IMG/VR virus record: IMGVR_UViG_3300044632_001003
Location: 124,001 to 188,000 of that record
DNA: 64,000 nt
Direction: 5' to 3' (one strand)
Shown here: in pieces, positions 44,992 to 55,405 of the stretch
Layout: the number at the start of each line of letters is the position of its first letter
How positions within the stretch are numbered: the first letter of the stretch is position 1
Program-made: the position numbers and the translations under genes
The notes under the pieces: model-generated
Told to the model about the DNA's origin: nothing
The model's database searches: none
The model's input: the letters and a program-made list of their open reading frames with translations, nothing else

Positions 44992-47829
44992 TTAGAGTAG
45001 TGTAGTTCTTACAAATCTATAGGTTGTTAATCCTGTAACACCTGCCTCTGGAGTTGCTTGTAATTTACACACTCCAGCAGAGACTGTAGCTCCAACAGAA
45101 ACAACAATCGATGGGTCATACATGATTGCATATTCTTGTGAATATGCGGTGGTTCCGTTTTGCATGACAAGAACTTTCTGAGATTGAATATAAGTTCCAT
45201 ATCCAACATGGAGTGTATATTCTGCTGTCTTAAAGTCAGTTGTTGCGATTGTAAAGCTATCAATATCAGTTGCAACTCCAACAGTAGAATTGAAGGTTCC
45301 AAATCCTGTTGATACTCCGTATCTCTCAACTTGTAGTTTTGATACTGGATTTGTTGTAGCAATGCCAACATTGGAAAGTGTATGAATGCCAACGCCAGTT
45401 GCTACCCAGTAAGATTCTCCACCCCCACCACCAGCTCCTGCAGGTCCTTGAACACCCTGAATTCCTTGGGCGGCGGCAGAACCTGCTATACCCTGTGTTC
45501 CCTGGGATCCAGTAATACCTTGAATTCCTTGTGTTGCTGTTCCAGTAGTTCCCTGAACACCTTGAGTTCCTTGAGTTCCTGCTCCAGTAATACCTTGGAT
45601 ACCTTGAGTTCCCTGAGTTCCTTGAATACCTTGAATACCTTGAATACCTTGAGAACCTTGTGTCCCTGCACCAGCGATGCCCTGAATACCCTGAGTTCCT
45701 TGAGTTCCTGTTCCAGAAATACCCTGGATTCCCTGAGTTCCTTGAACACCCTGAATACCTTGAGTTCCTGCTCCAGTAATACCTTGGATTCCTTGAATAC
45801 CTTGGATACCTTGAGTTCCCTGTGAAGCTTGTGTTCCTTGGACACCCTGAACACCTTGGGTTCCCTGAATACCTTGAGAAGCAAAGGCACCATCATTTCC
45901 CTGAATACCCTGAGCACCAGGTCCTCCAGTTGCCCCACCAGTTCCCTGAGAACCTTGAATCCCTTGACTTCCAGTTCCAGTTGTACCCTGAGTTCCATTA
46001 GAACCCTGAGTACCTTGAATACCTTGAACCGTCGCATCAGAACCCTGAACACCTTGAGTCCCTTGAACACCTTGCCCACCAACAACACCTTGAATACCTT
46101 GATATCCTTGGGCAGCTGCTTCACCTGATATTCCCTGATTTCCCTGAGTTCCATTAGACCCAGCGACACCTTGAATACCTTGATATCCCTGGAAAGTTGC
46201 AGATCCATCATTTCCCTGGACACCTTGACCACCTTGAAGACCCTGGTTACCCTGAACACCTTGAGAACCAGTTGCACCATTGGCACCTTGGATTCCCCCA
46301 GAACCTTGAGTTCCACCCTCACCCTGAACACCCTGAGTTCCTTGAGTTCCTGCCCCTATAGTGCCCTGAATACCCTGAACACCTTGACGACCTTGTGTTC
46401 CTTGAGTTCCACCGTATCCCTGAACACCCTGAATACCCTGGCGTCCTTGTGACCCCTGAGTACCTTGAGTTCCTCCAGAACCTTGAGTTCCTGCTGTACC
46501 TTGAGCTCCAGACCCAGTAACACCTTGAATACCTTGAGTTCCTTGAGTACCGCTATCCCCCTTATCACCAGTTCTAGCAAAAGTAATAATTACATCTTCA
46601 TCGTTAGAAAATGAAGAAGCACTTGCGGTGCTTATACCACAAGGAATTTTAAAATATCCTGTTCCTTCTACACTTGACCCAGTAATAACAAATAAAGCAA
46701 AATCAGAAGCGTTTGATTTATTTGTTATTCTAAAATGACCCTTTATTGATGAAGTAGAATCATCAATCGTTCTTAGATAATCCTGAATATCAGTAGCATT
46801 ATCATCCTGGTCATCAATATAAAGTTCGGTTGCTATACCGACAGAAGCATTGTTTAACTTTAATCTACCAGATCCAGGGTCTGTATCTGAAGTATTAGAG
46901 TCAAAAGTAAAGTCAAATGTTACGCCACCAAAATTACCAGTAGTTCCCTGAATACCCTGAACACCTTGAGTTCCTTGAATTCCTTGAACTGTTGATGCAC
47001 TACCTTGGATACCCTGAACACCTTGAGATCCATTTGTTCCACCTACACCTTGGATACCCTGAACACCTTGAGTTCCATTTGTTCCATTTGCGCCATCTAC
47101 ACCTTGGATACCTTGAATACCTTGAGTCCCTGGACCACCGCCACCTACTACTGTCTCAAATACAAATTTTCCTAAAGTATGATCATACTTTAAATACTTA
47201 CCATCATAAGCAGAAGCATTTGTTGCAATACCAACAACGTCATCAAGATACTTTAGTTTAGTTTCACCACCGCCACCAACTGTAGCAATTTGCTCCTGAA
47301 TACGATTGATGAATAAATTATAGTGCTTATTCAGGTCTTCAATCGTTACAAAATTTTGATCTAATGGTGTCAGTGGATCTGTAGTAACTGTTTCTGGTGG
47401 TTGATTTAACAAACCCTCTTGAAGGTCATTATAAATTCTTAAGACCTTATCTACTTTCTTTTCAATACTTGGAATATTAAAAAGAAAATTTTCAGATATC
47501 TCATCAAAAATTTGCTTTCTCAATAAAGAAAGTTCTTCTTCTACAGAATTAATATGCCCCTTTACCTTCTTAATTGAATTATTATTTACCTTTGATTCTC
47601 TTACAACAGAAATTTCTTCCGTTAGAATATCATTTTTTGCAGGAACAGCATCCTCTCTCCAACTATATTTTACAACTTCATTCTCCTTATTTTTTTGCTC
47701 ATACAAAAAATTCTTGTCACTGTCATTAACGGCAACATCGGTCTTTTTTAATTCAGATTCCAACATCTTAAGTTTTTCATCCAAGTTGGAACCCTTGGAA
47801 TGTCTTATACTCTTCTTAAAAATACCCAT
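44992..47829 (-). CDS. Second collagen-like (Gly-X-Gln) fibre protein
   Basis: 945 aa; coiled-coil N-terminus; GXQ tracts ~46930-47135 and ~45435-46550. Confidence 0.78.
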   Translation of the reverse strand: MGIFKKSIRHSKGSNLDEKLKMLESELKKTDVAVNDSDKNFLYEQKNKENEVVKYSWREDAVPAKNDILTEEISVVRESKVNNNSIKKVKGHINSVEEELSLLRKQIFDEISENFLFNIPSIEKKVDKVLRIYNDLQEGLLNQPPETVTTDPLTPLDQNFVTIEDLNKHYNLFINRIQEQIATVGGGGETKLKYLDDVVGIATNASAYDGKYLKYDHTLGKFVFETVVGGGGPGTQGIQGIQGVDGANGTNGTQGVQGIQGVGGTNGSQGVQGIQGSASTVQGIQGTQGVQGIQGTTGNFGGVTFDFTFDSNTSDTDPGSGRLKLNNASVGIATELYIDDQDDNATDIQDYLRTIDDSTSSIKGHFRITNKSNASDFALFVITGSSVEGTGYFKIPCGISTASASSFSNDEDVIITFARTGDKGDSGTQGTQGIQGVTGSGAQGTAGTQGSGGTQGTQGSQGRQGIQGVQGYGGTQGTQGRQGVQGIQGTIGAGTQGTQGVQGEGGTQGSGGIQGANGATGSQGVQGNQGLQGGQGVQGNDGSATFQGYQGIQGVAGSNGTQGNQGISGEAAAQGYQGIQGVVGGQGVQGTQGVQGSDATVQGIQGTQGSNGTQGTTGTGSQGIQGSQGTGGATGGPGAQGIQGNDGAFASQGIQGTQGVQGVQGTQASQGTQGIQGIQGIQGITGAGTQGIQGVQGTQGIQGISGTGTQGTQGIQGIAGAGTQGSQGIQGIQGIQGTQGTQGIQGITGAGTQGTQGVQGTTGTATQGIQGITGSQGTQGIAGSAAAQGIQGVQGPAGAGGGGGESYWVATGVGIHTLSNVGIATTNPVSKLQVERYGVSTGFGTFNSTVGVATDIDSFTIATTDFKTAEYTLHVGYGTYIQSQKVLVMQNGTTAYSQEYAIMYDPSIVVSVGATVSAGVCKLQATPEAGVTGLTTYRFVRTTLL

Positions 47830-47864
47830 TAATATAAAGGTTTTCTTTTTAATAATAGTATTTA

Positions 47865-48029
47865 TTATACCCTGTATTCCTCTATTTTATCAAGAACTTT
47901 GTTGAGATAATGATGGGCTAACCACTTAGGATCATATCCAGACTTATTCATCCACTCTTTATCCAAGTCTGCCTTTAATTTAATAACCTCACACTTGATA
48001 ATATCTTTGGTCAGGTGTCCGCGTGGCAT
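47865..48029 (-). CDS. Small conserved cyanophage protein (54 aa)
   Basis: MPRGHLTKDIIKCEVIKLK...HHYLNKVLDKIEEYRV*. Confidence 0.7.
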   Translation of the reverse strand: MPRGHLTKDIIKCEVIKLKADLDKEWMNKSGYDPKWLAHHYLNKVLDKIEEYRV

Positions 48030-48035
48030 AATACT

Positions 48036-48067
48036 AAAAAACTCTGCTGCTTATTTAGCAACAGAGT
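48036..48067 (-). terminator. Terminator-like hairpin with a late promoter in its loop
   Basis: CTCTGTTGC-TAAATAA-GCAGCAGAG-T6. Confidence 0.6.
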
Positions 48068-48088
48068 TAAATATTATGAAGTCTTATA

Positions 48089-48616
48089 TCAAACAGTAGT
48101 GCCAACCTTCACATTTGCTGACACATACTCTAGAACATTTTCTGGAGTAGTCTGCTCATAAGGGTCGGTGTCGGCGTTGTCCCGTTGCCCCACTTCCACG
48201 AATAGTTTCTCGATGACTCCGTTATCCACGACCGCAGCATAACGCCAAGAGCGATCACCGAAACCAAGGTTAGACTTGCTGACAAGCATTCCCATAGAAC
48301 GTGTGAAGTAAGCATTGCCGTCTGGGATGAGTTTGACATTAGCAATATTCTGGTCCTTAGCCCAGGCATTCATTACAAACCCATCATTAACAGAGATGCA
48401 ATAAATGTCATCAATGCCAAGTCCAATAAAATCTTCGTACTTCTCTTCAAATCCAGGCAGCTGATAAGCAGAGCAAGTAGGAGTGAATGCACCAGGCAGA
48501 CTGAAAATAACCACACGCTTACCATCAAAAAGTTCCGAAGTTGTACGATTTACAAACTCACCAGACTCACGAAAGGTGAATTGAACTTGAGGAACTTGAT
48601 ATCCTTCGCTACGCAT
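48089..48616 (-). CDS. Peroxiredoxin (Prx5-like)
   Basis: FSLPGAFTPTCS, SVNDGFVM, RSWRYA; start MRSEGY after GGAGGT. Confidence 0.93.
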   Translation of the reverse strand: MRSEGYQVPQVQFTFRESGEFVNRTTSELFDGKRVVIFSLPGAFTPTCSAYQLPGFEEKYEDFIGLGIDDIYCISVNDGFVMNAWAKDQNIANVKLIPDGNAYFTRSMGMLVSKSNLGFGDRSWRYAAVVDNGVIEKLFVEVGQRDNADTDPYEQTTPENVLEYVSANVKVGTTV

Positions 48617-48627
48617 TTTAACCTCCA

Positions 48628-48747
48628 TCACCAAACACCAGGAATTACTTGACCAGTGAAAGCATAAGAGGCAACAGCTGCAACGAAACCAAGCATTGCC
48701 AGACGAGAATTGAGGATTTCTGCCTCAGGGGTAAAACCGAATTTCAT
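48628..48747 (-). CDS. hli: High-light-inducible protein (39 aa)
   Basis: [39 protein letters not shown] (ExxNxRLAM). Confidence 0.93.
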   Translation of the reverse strand: MKFGFTPEAEILNSRLAMLGFVAAVASYAFTGQVIPGVW

Positions 48748-49019
48748 TTTTTTTCTCCTTGATAGGGGTGTTGTTGTTTAAGTTCTGGATTGGGTTGGGA
48801 GAAGACCATAGGACTTCTGGTTTTATTCTTGATAACAATAAAAGCGTCGTTCTGATAGGTTACGGTTCCAAATGGCTTCGCCCACTTTGCATTTGCGTCT
48901 GGGTGAGTCGCAGTTCCAGTTACTGCTACTCCACCAATCTCAACAGAGAGTTCATCATTCATATCCCACCCAAGTTCTTGAAGGGCAAGTGCAAACTGCC
49001 CAAGCATTCCAGCGGTCAC
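48744..49019 (-). CDS. Conserved cyanophage hypothetical protein
   Basis: [13 protein letters not shown]...KW.KPFG...DAFIVIKNK. Confidence 0.7.
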   Translation of the reverse strand: MTAGMLGQFALALQELGWDMNDELSVEIGGVAVTGTATHPDANAKWAKPFGTVTYQNDAFIVIKNKTRSPMVFSQPNPELKQQHPYQGEKK

Positions 49020-49306
49020 AGGTTTTCCTCTTGCTCAGTGAGAATCACACAATCGCTAGTAGGATAGGCAACACATGTGAGTACCCAACCGTCAGCAATT
49101 TGGTCATCATCCAGGAAAGACTGTTCTTCATTATCGACGGTGCCACTAATCAGTTTTCCAGCACAGGCAGAGCAAGCACCTGCCTTACAGGAGGAAGGAA
49201 GATCGACACCTGCGTCTTCTGCTGCTTCAAGAATGTACTGATCACCTTCACACTGGATGGTGGTCTCAGTGCCATCGGGAGAGCGGAGAGTAACATTATA
49301 AGCCAT
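49016..49306 (-). CDS. petF: Plant-type [2Fe-2S] ferredoxin
   Basis: [13 protein letters not shown]...LTC. Confidence 0.96.
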   Translation of the reverse strand: MAYNVTLRSPDGTETTIQCEGDQYILEAAEDAGVDLPSSCKAGACSACAGKLISGTVDNEEQSFLDDDQIADGWVLTCVAYPTSDCVILTEQEENL

Positions 49307-49309
49307 AGT

Positions 49310-49396
49310 TTAATAAGTTTCTGATAGTTGATTTACGGAGTGTGCCAGTAATACGAGAAAGGCAACACTAGTAATTGTAAAGATAATTGAAGTCAT
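49310..49396 (-). CDS. 28-aa hydrophobic peptide
   Basis: MTSIIFTITSVAFLVLLAHSVNQLSETY* fills the hli-petF gap. Confidence 0.55.
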   Translation of the reverse strand: MTSIIFTITSVAFLVLLAHSVNQLSETY

Positions 49397-49409
49397 TGTC
49401 AATCAATTG

Positions 49410-49604
49410 TCAGAAGATTCCGAAGAAGAACTTGTCAGTGAGAGCATAAGAAATAAACCCAGCAATAATGCCGACCATTGCCCAACGCCCATTAGTTTTC
49501 TCCTTTACTTGATTGGGCGTATCCATCCCATAATTTTCATAGTACATTACGGGCTCTTTAGCAAACATATTTTGCTGCCCATACTCATTCGTTGTTACAG
49601 TCAT
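49410..49604 (-). CDS. hli: High-light-inducible protein
   Basis: NMFAKEP...EKTNGRWAMVG. Confidence 0.93.
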   Translation of the reverse strand: MTVTTNEYGQQNMFAKEPVMYYENYGMDTPNQVKEKTNGRWAMVGIIAGFISYALTDKFFFGIF

Positions 49605-49632
49605 CGTTACATTCGTTAAGAATTGTTACACA

Positions 49633-49670
49633 ATTATATAGCAAAAATAAAGGGGCGTCAAGCCCCCTTT
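49633..49670 (-). promoter_or_regulatory. Terminator + sigma70 promoter for hli
   Basis: AAAGGGGC-TTGAC-GCCCCTTT; TTGACG-17-TATAAT. Confidence 0.8.
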
Positions 49671-49706
49671 GTTACGGTTTCCCGATTTATTAAGTATAAA
49701 TGCTTA

Positions 49707-50498
49707 CTATTTGCCTTCCCAACCAGGTGGAAGAGTTCCATAGTAAGGATTCAATTCGAAAAATTGATTCCAATCATCAATCTTATTGGATTCGTTTTTC
49801 CAAAAATCCCACAGACCATCATAACTTGATTTATGAAATACATCTACATGTTCTGTATGGATTGTTGATCCAAGTTCAATCTTATAAAGAAATAAAGGGA
49901 TTGCATAAGTATTGCCAGAGTTATAAATCAAGTCATCTGCAACTGCCCTTGGCTTAACTCCATTATCCAGTTTATATTTGTCACCTCTAACATGCAGTTC
50001 AATTAACTTTTGTGCGTGACGACGAGTAATCAAATAACATGCCGTAGAAAAATCATTTACAAAACGACGATGAATTGGAATATTAATTTGTGCTGGATTA
50101 ATAATCGCAAGTTGAACCACATCATAAGCATACGGAATTTTGGAAAAGAAATCTTTCCAAGTAAATGGCCAATATGAAACTGTGGAAATATCACAATCAT
50201 CCTCCATGATTAAAGCACATGGAGCATCAGAGGTCTCAACAAAATGCTTAAGAACTTTCAGGTGAGAAGTTACACATCCAACCTCTCCCGAATTCATCAT
50301 GTCAGGATATCGACCTTTTAGAATTGAACCTAGATCATCTTCTCTACCATCATAAGCAGAGATTCTCTCAAAGTTTTCAATTTCCCAGTACTTAAACTGA
50401 CCTTCCATATATTGTGCCCTTTCTGGTTGCCCATCAAGATTGATATAATAGATGGGAGGAAGACCTTTAAGTTTATACGCTGCTTTATTCTTGTCCAT
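49707..50498 (-). CDS. Glycosyltransferase family 25-like
   Basis: YYINLD..PER, GEVGCVTSH, LIMEDD. Confidence 0.85.
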   Translation of the reverse strand: MDKNKAAYKLKGLPPIYYINLDGQPERAQYMEGQFKYWEIENFERISAYDGREDDLGSILKGRYPDMMNSGEVGCVTSHLKVLKHFVETSDAPCALIMEDDCDISTVSYWPFTWKDFFSKIPYAYDVVQLAIINPAQINIPIHRRFVNDFSTACYLITRRHAQKLIELHVRGDKYKLDNGVKPRAVADDLIYNSGNTYAIPLFLYKIELGSTIHTEHVDVFHKSSYDGLWDFWKNESNKIDDWNQFFELNPYYGTLPPGWEGK

Positions 50499-51204
50499 GG
50501 TTCAATATGTTGTTTAAAATTTCGACCTTTTGATTGAATACATTTACCTTACCATCCCATAAAGTTCCACCTCTAAAGTGAAGAAACTTCCCATTCATAA
50601 AAGTTTCCATATTAATAAGAGTTTGACCACGATAATCACCCTCAAATACACAGTCTATAGATTCTGGGGTAATATTATTTTCGTTTAAAAAGTTATAAGA
50701 TTCTCCACCAGTATCACACAGTTGCCCACCAAACGATCCTGGAAAAAATCTTGGTCTCCCAGACATCTCTTTTAATTTAGGCATATTTAAAAGAGTAAAT
50801 CCTGGCCAAAGATAATTAACATCTTCTCGACTTTGCATATATGAAGATATAACTTTATCTTCCATATAATTGACCATATCAAACTTTTCCATCAAAAAGC
50901 AATCACTATCCACAAGGAAAACAACATCATCCATACAAGACCTATAGATGATATTATCAAGTGCATATTGAATTGCATTTGCGTGAGATGCCGAAGGTCC
51001 AGCAACATCTGAATTCATATTCTTGATGTATGTTGCATCATACATCTCACAAATTCTCATGAACTCATTGCTAATATCTGGATCCTTTGAATCATCTATT
51101 GCAAAAAGACGATAATCACACGTCAGATTTTCTTGGAACTGAATGCATTGCAATTCCAAGAACTGAGGAAAATTAACAACTGGAGAAAAAATACTTAGTT
51201 TCAT
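50485..51204 (-). CDS. Putative GT-A glycosyltransferase
   Basis: HANAIQ, VFLVDSDCF, DTGG, FLHFRGG. Confidence 0.6.
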   Translation of the reverse strand: MKLSIFSPVVNFPQFLELQCIQFQENLTCDYRLFAIDDSKDPDISNEFMRICEMYDATYIKNMNSDVAGPSASHANAIQYALDNIIYRSCMDDVVFLVDSDCFLMEKFDMVNYMEDKVISSYMQSREDVNYLWPGFTLLNMPKLKEMSGRPRFFPGSFGGQLCDTGGESYNFLNENNITPESIDCVFEGDYRGQTLINMETFMNGKFLHFRGGTLWDGKVNVFNQKVEILNNILNHGQE

Positions 51205-51920
51205 TTCTTCTGGAGAACTACCTGATATTCGTCCATTACCAATTCAAATCCATTATCAATCAGATAAGGAATTGAATATTTTGCCTTACCATAATCAGAT
51301 TCATCTTCAGCAATAATCTTAGGAGTTGTATTCCTAACATCATCAATCAGAATAATTCCTTTGTCGCTGATTAAATCCCTTTCAACGATAATCTTAGATT
51401 CTCTCAAATGAAGTTCTGCAGTTGGTTCAATGGGAGTCATATCCCCAGTGTCCATGTACAGAAAATCAATCTTACCTTCACCGAGTTCTAGAAACTCCTC
51501 AGAGGACATAACAACATGCTCAATGTTATCAAGACCTTCAGTTACAACTTTACTTCTACGAATATGACGTGGTTCCAAATCAACAGTGATGAAATCAATA
51601 TCTGTTCCCTGAATTAATTCACCAACAACACGGGTGAAGCAACCCGCTGCCCAGTCCCACACATCAGGATTTTCTGGTTGCCAAAACTTAATATCATCAC
51701 TATTGCATCCAGGAAACTTACCATCAACAAAACTGCGAGTTGTTCCAAGTTCAACAATTGTAGTAAAACCATTCTCTACAACTTGGTCCCAGCAATACTT
51801 CATTGTATCGTAACGGAACTTAGGAACTCTTCCGTAATACTTTTTAAATTCTTCATCAGTAGTATATTTTGCGTGAGCATTATCCATATACTCTTTATAC
51901 TTTTCTAATGCATTAGACAT
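51201..51920 (-). CDS. Class I SAM-dependent methyltransferase-like protein
   Basis: IVELGTTR, IDFLYMDTGD, ILIDDV. Confidence 0.7.
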   Translation of the reverse strand: MSNALEKYKEYMDNAHAKYTTDEEFKKYYGRVPKFRYDTMKYCWDQVVENGFTTIVELGTTRSFVDGKFPGCNSDDIKFWQPENPDVWDWAAGCFTRVVGELIQGTDIDFITVDLEPRHIRRSKVVTEGLDNIEHVVMSSEEFLELGEGKIDFLYMDTGDMTPIEPTAELHLRESKIIVERDLISDKGIILIDDVRNTTPKIIAEDESDYGKAKYSIPYLIDNGFELVMDEYQVVLQKK

Positions 51921-52935
51921 TATAGATTTTCCTCCATTGTTGTAGGGTTTTTTCCTTATGGGTTTTACTGCATTCTAACATTATAGCACAAATCTCTTCT
52001 CTGTGTGAAACAACAGTTCGAAATGCTTCTGGTATTTCAGAGAAGTCATCAATATAAACTGCAAACTTATCAAAGTATTCATTATACCATTCACATGTCT
52101 GAACAGTATTCTGATAGAGACCGCTACCAAACCAATAATTTGGTTGTCTCGAAAGTTTAAATATCAAATCCTCAGATGGAAGAATGACAGGCAATCCAAT
52201 GCCCATCATTTCAAATGCTGCAAGTTTAGAATACTGCTCTGGTAAAATAAAATATGCTTGATATTTCTTTGCAAGTTCAACAAGTCCAGAGTACCCCCTG
52301 TACTTACAAACATCTGCAACTAAATTATAGGAATCAAATAATTTTATACTATCTTGAAAAATTGTGTCATTATGATAGCGAGATATAAGCACATCTCCAC
52401 CTTTCAATTCATCTCCGTAATCCCCACCAAATCCGATTAATTTCAAATCATCTTCATCAGAAAGCGAAGTATCAATTGAATAACCAATAGGTCTCACAAC
52501 TTCTTCAGTGATATTCACTCCAAAGTGCTTTGCCCACACTCTTTCAAATTCAGTATATGGAATCACTTTTACATTATCCATTGTTGTTGCTTGAGCGAAC
52601 AAGGTATGATAATCACTATCACCTTGCATATCATAATTAAATCGATTACAGACCCAGATAATCAATTGGCCAGTAAATTCTTGAATATTCTCAAGAAAAA
52701 TTCGTGAAAGTGGAGCAGTGTCTGAGGTAATTACAAAATCAAAAGAATTAAAGTATTCTTTGTTCTTTTGCCAAACAGAGTTTGCATAATCTTTACTAAT
52801 CACATAATGATCTCTCTCAAGGATTTGGTTCCAAATTGAAAGTTTATTGGTTAAATCCAAACCCAATTCATTACAAACATATTGATGGTCCTTCAGGCAA
52901 CCATAATGGTGTGATAGATGTAGAACTTTTTTCAT
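51913..52935 (-). CDS. Putative glycosyltransferase
   Basis: VLHLSHHYGC, ITSDTAPLSRIF, AFEMMGIGLPV; island context. Confidence 0.55.
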   Translation of the reverse strand: MKKVLHLSHHYGCLKDHQYVCNELGLDLTNKLSIWNQILERDHYVISKDYANSVWQKNKEYFNSFDFVITSDTAPLSRIFLENIQEFTGQLIIWVCNRFNYDMQGDSDYHTLFAQATTMDNVKVIPYTEFERVWAKHFGVNITEEVVRPIGYSIDTSLSDEDDLKLIGFGGDYGDELKGGDVLISRYHNDTIFQDSIKLFDSYNLVADVCKYRGYSGLVELAKKYQAYFILPEQYSKLAAFEMMGIGLPVILPSEDLIFKLSRQPNYWFGSGLYQNTVQTCEWYNEYFDKFAVYIDDFSEIPEAFRTVVSHREEICAIMLECSKTHKEKTLQQWRKIYNV

Positions 52936-53831
52936 TGCTCAGAAATCCAATCCTCAAGTTTTATACTCGATTGCCACCCATAAACTCTCTTTATCTTAGA
53001 TACATTTGCCAAACTCTGCCTTGCTTCCGCAGGTCTTGGTGGAATGTGTGTAATATCACTGGAAATCATCTCAGCAATTTTTTTAATCGTTGTAGCCTTA
53101 CCAGTTCCAACATTATAGACTTGTCCATAAGTCTCAACATCCTTTTCAGCAACAGTAAGGTTTGCTGAGGCAATATCAGATACATGAATAAAGTCTCTAG
53201 TTTGTCTGCCATCACCAACAACAGTCAAGGTTTTTCCATCCTTTCTCTGATCTAGAAAAATTCCCATCACAGGAGCGTATTGACCCGTCTTTGGTTGGCG
53301 TGGTCCATAGACATTAAAGTATCTAAGAGTTACTGTCTTCACATTATATAAGTCAGCATACATCTTCATCAAATATTCACCAGACAACTTAGAAACTGAA
53401 TAAGGATTCAAAGGGTCTGGGGTATCAGTCTCTAAGCAAATTTTATCAGTCAGACCGTAGATTGCTGCTGTAGATGAAAATACAACTTTATCAACCTTAG
53501 CAACTCTTGCTGCTTCCAAAACGTGACAAAGACTTGATACATTATTGAGATATGCTTTGTCTGGATTCTCAATACAATAAGGAATGGAAACATCAGATGC
53601 TAGATGAAAAATGTAATCACATCCCCTACACATTTCTGTTAGAGTTCCAAGATTATCAGGAGAACTTAAATCAAACTGATAGTTTCTAGCACCAGGATTC
53701 CAATAATACTCATCATGACTATTGGCAGATTCATTGTCTATGACCATTACGTCGTAGTCATTTGCCAATAGTAAATCTACCAGATTAGATCCAATAAATC
53801 CTGCACCACCTGTAACTAATGCTTTTTTCAT
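52932..53831 (-). CDS. NAD-dependent epimerase/dehydratase (WcaG-like)
   Basis: TGGAGFIGS, YSVSK, RYFNVYGP, RDFIHV. Confidence 0.93.
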   Translation of the reverse strand: MKKALVTGGAGFIGSNLVDLLLANDYDVMVIDNESANSHDEYYWNPGARNYQFDLSSPDNLGTLTEMCRGCDYIFHLASDVSIPYCIENPDKAYLNNVSSLCHVLEAARVAKVDKVVFSSTAAIYGLTDKICLETDTPDPLNPYSVSKLSGEYLMKMYADLYNVKTVTLRYFNVYGPRQPKTGQYAPVMGIFLDQRKDGKTLTVVGDGRQTRDFIHVSDIASANLTVAEKDVETYGQVYNVGTGKATTIKKIAEMISSDITHIPPRPAEARQSLANVSKIKRVYGWQSSIKLEDWISEQ

Positions 53832-54764
53832 AAGATTGCAAACATGTCCTTTAATCTACTTACATAGGTATGCCCATCTCTAATGAAGGACATCGCACTT
53901 CTCATTTTCTCTTCAGTGCAGTTTCTAGAATCTTCAACCAGTTTCTGATATAGATTTTCTAGATTGGAATCGGTTAAAGTGTTCTCCAAAAACATCGGCA
54001 ATTTCTGGATGATTTGAACCCGTCCATCTACCATAACTAATGTTCTTAAATAATCTACAAGGATAATATCTACCCTGCACCAAATGGGGAGCATCTCGTA
54101 TATCAACTGAAATATAAGAGTCTCTTACCATCTGAATGTTTTGATTGATGTCTGGAGCACTGTTAGAGTAAATACCAGACCATCCACCAGGATTCCTAAA
54201 ATACTTTCCGTGCCTTTCACAGATATTTTTAAACTCTAGGATATTCTGCCCGTTTGGAGTTCCGATAAAATAAATGCTATCTCTCGACTCATCAAACAAT
54301 TCAGGTTCAACTTGATCGATTTCATCGGGCAGTAAATCAGTTGCCCACATCGTTGTAATTGTCTTCGTCTTTGGATGAAAATAATGGTGCAAACTTATCT
54401 TCTGCAACTCATCATCACTTGACCAAGTAATATTATCTGCAGGATTCCAACGATCTGCAAAATAAACAAAGTTAAAATACCTTGGATGCGTTAAGCGATA
54501 TGGAGTATCTCTATCAGAAAGCCCAAAAGGCAAATCTGCATTGTGATTAAAATACACACAGTCATCTAAAACTGGCATATTCTTACAAACATTATGCTCA
54601 GTAATAAAAATAGATTCAGAAAAATCTACATTACTCACATCGTCATCATCATCAAACCATTCAACTTCATATCCAAGATAATCTGCTGCCCGCCAATATC
54701 CGAAATGTACATAAGAGTGAGTATGAGTTCCAATCTTATGTCCCCATATTACTACCTTTTTCAT
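53828..54764 (-). pseudogene. Glycosyltransferase-like gene split by a frameshift near 53975
   Basis: N-terminal ORF 53934-54764 (..CRLFKNISYG..) continues in the +1 frame as TDSNLENLYQKL...HTYVSRL (53828-54106). Confidence 0.7.
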
Positions 54765-55405
54765 TCTTTAACCCTCAATGGTAACCAAAAACGTTGGTCG
54801 GGAGACATAAACTCTACTGAAGGATAATCTGTCAATTTACCATCCGTTCCGTTAGAACTGGTTTGATAGAACATAGGTTCATCAAAAGCATATACATCAT
54901 AATACTTTTGAACATCAGCAAATCCAATATCATGATGATCGGAAATCAAATACCCATGATAGGCAATTCGCTTGCACAAATCAACGTAGTCAGGATTGAT
55001 ATAGAGAATTGCATGGGCACTAACCATATTATAAATGCGAACTAAATCATCATACCCCTCTACTTTGTCCCACTGAACACAAGGTCCAGAGTGAGAGTTC
55101 ATTCTTCCCCATGAAGAAATTCCTAGATAAACAGCATCTGCCTCATCAGGAATCTCAATCTCATCTACAAAGTTAAGAGGAATGCAATCATCCTCTAAAA
55201 CAATAAAGGGAGAATCTACTTCCTCCAATGCCAAAGCATGGGAATAAGCACATCCCCTTTTACCTATTGGGTCTTTGAATGCAGAAACCCTAATAACATT
55301 TTTGAATCCTAGTTTTTCTAGATTCTCTTCCATCAACTCCCGCCTACGGGATTGTTCATCTAAGTTAATATAAACAACTGGTAGTTCTGTCAGTTTTAAC
55401 TTCAT
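54761..55405 (-). CDS. Glycosyltransferase family 25-like
   Basis: VYINLD..RR, GCAYSH, VLEDD. Confidence 0.8.
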   Translation of the reverse strand: MKLKLTELPVVYINLDEQSRRRELMEENLEKLGFKNVIRVSAFKDPIGKRGCAYSHALALEEVDSPFIVLEDDCIPLNFVDEIEIPDEADAVYLGISSWGRMNSHSGPCVQWDKVEGYDDLVRIYNMVSAHAILYINPDYVDLCKRIAYHGYLISDHHDIGFADVQKYYDVYAFDEPMFYQTSSNGTDGKLTDYPSVEFMSPDQRFWLPLRVKE

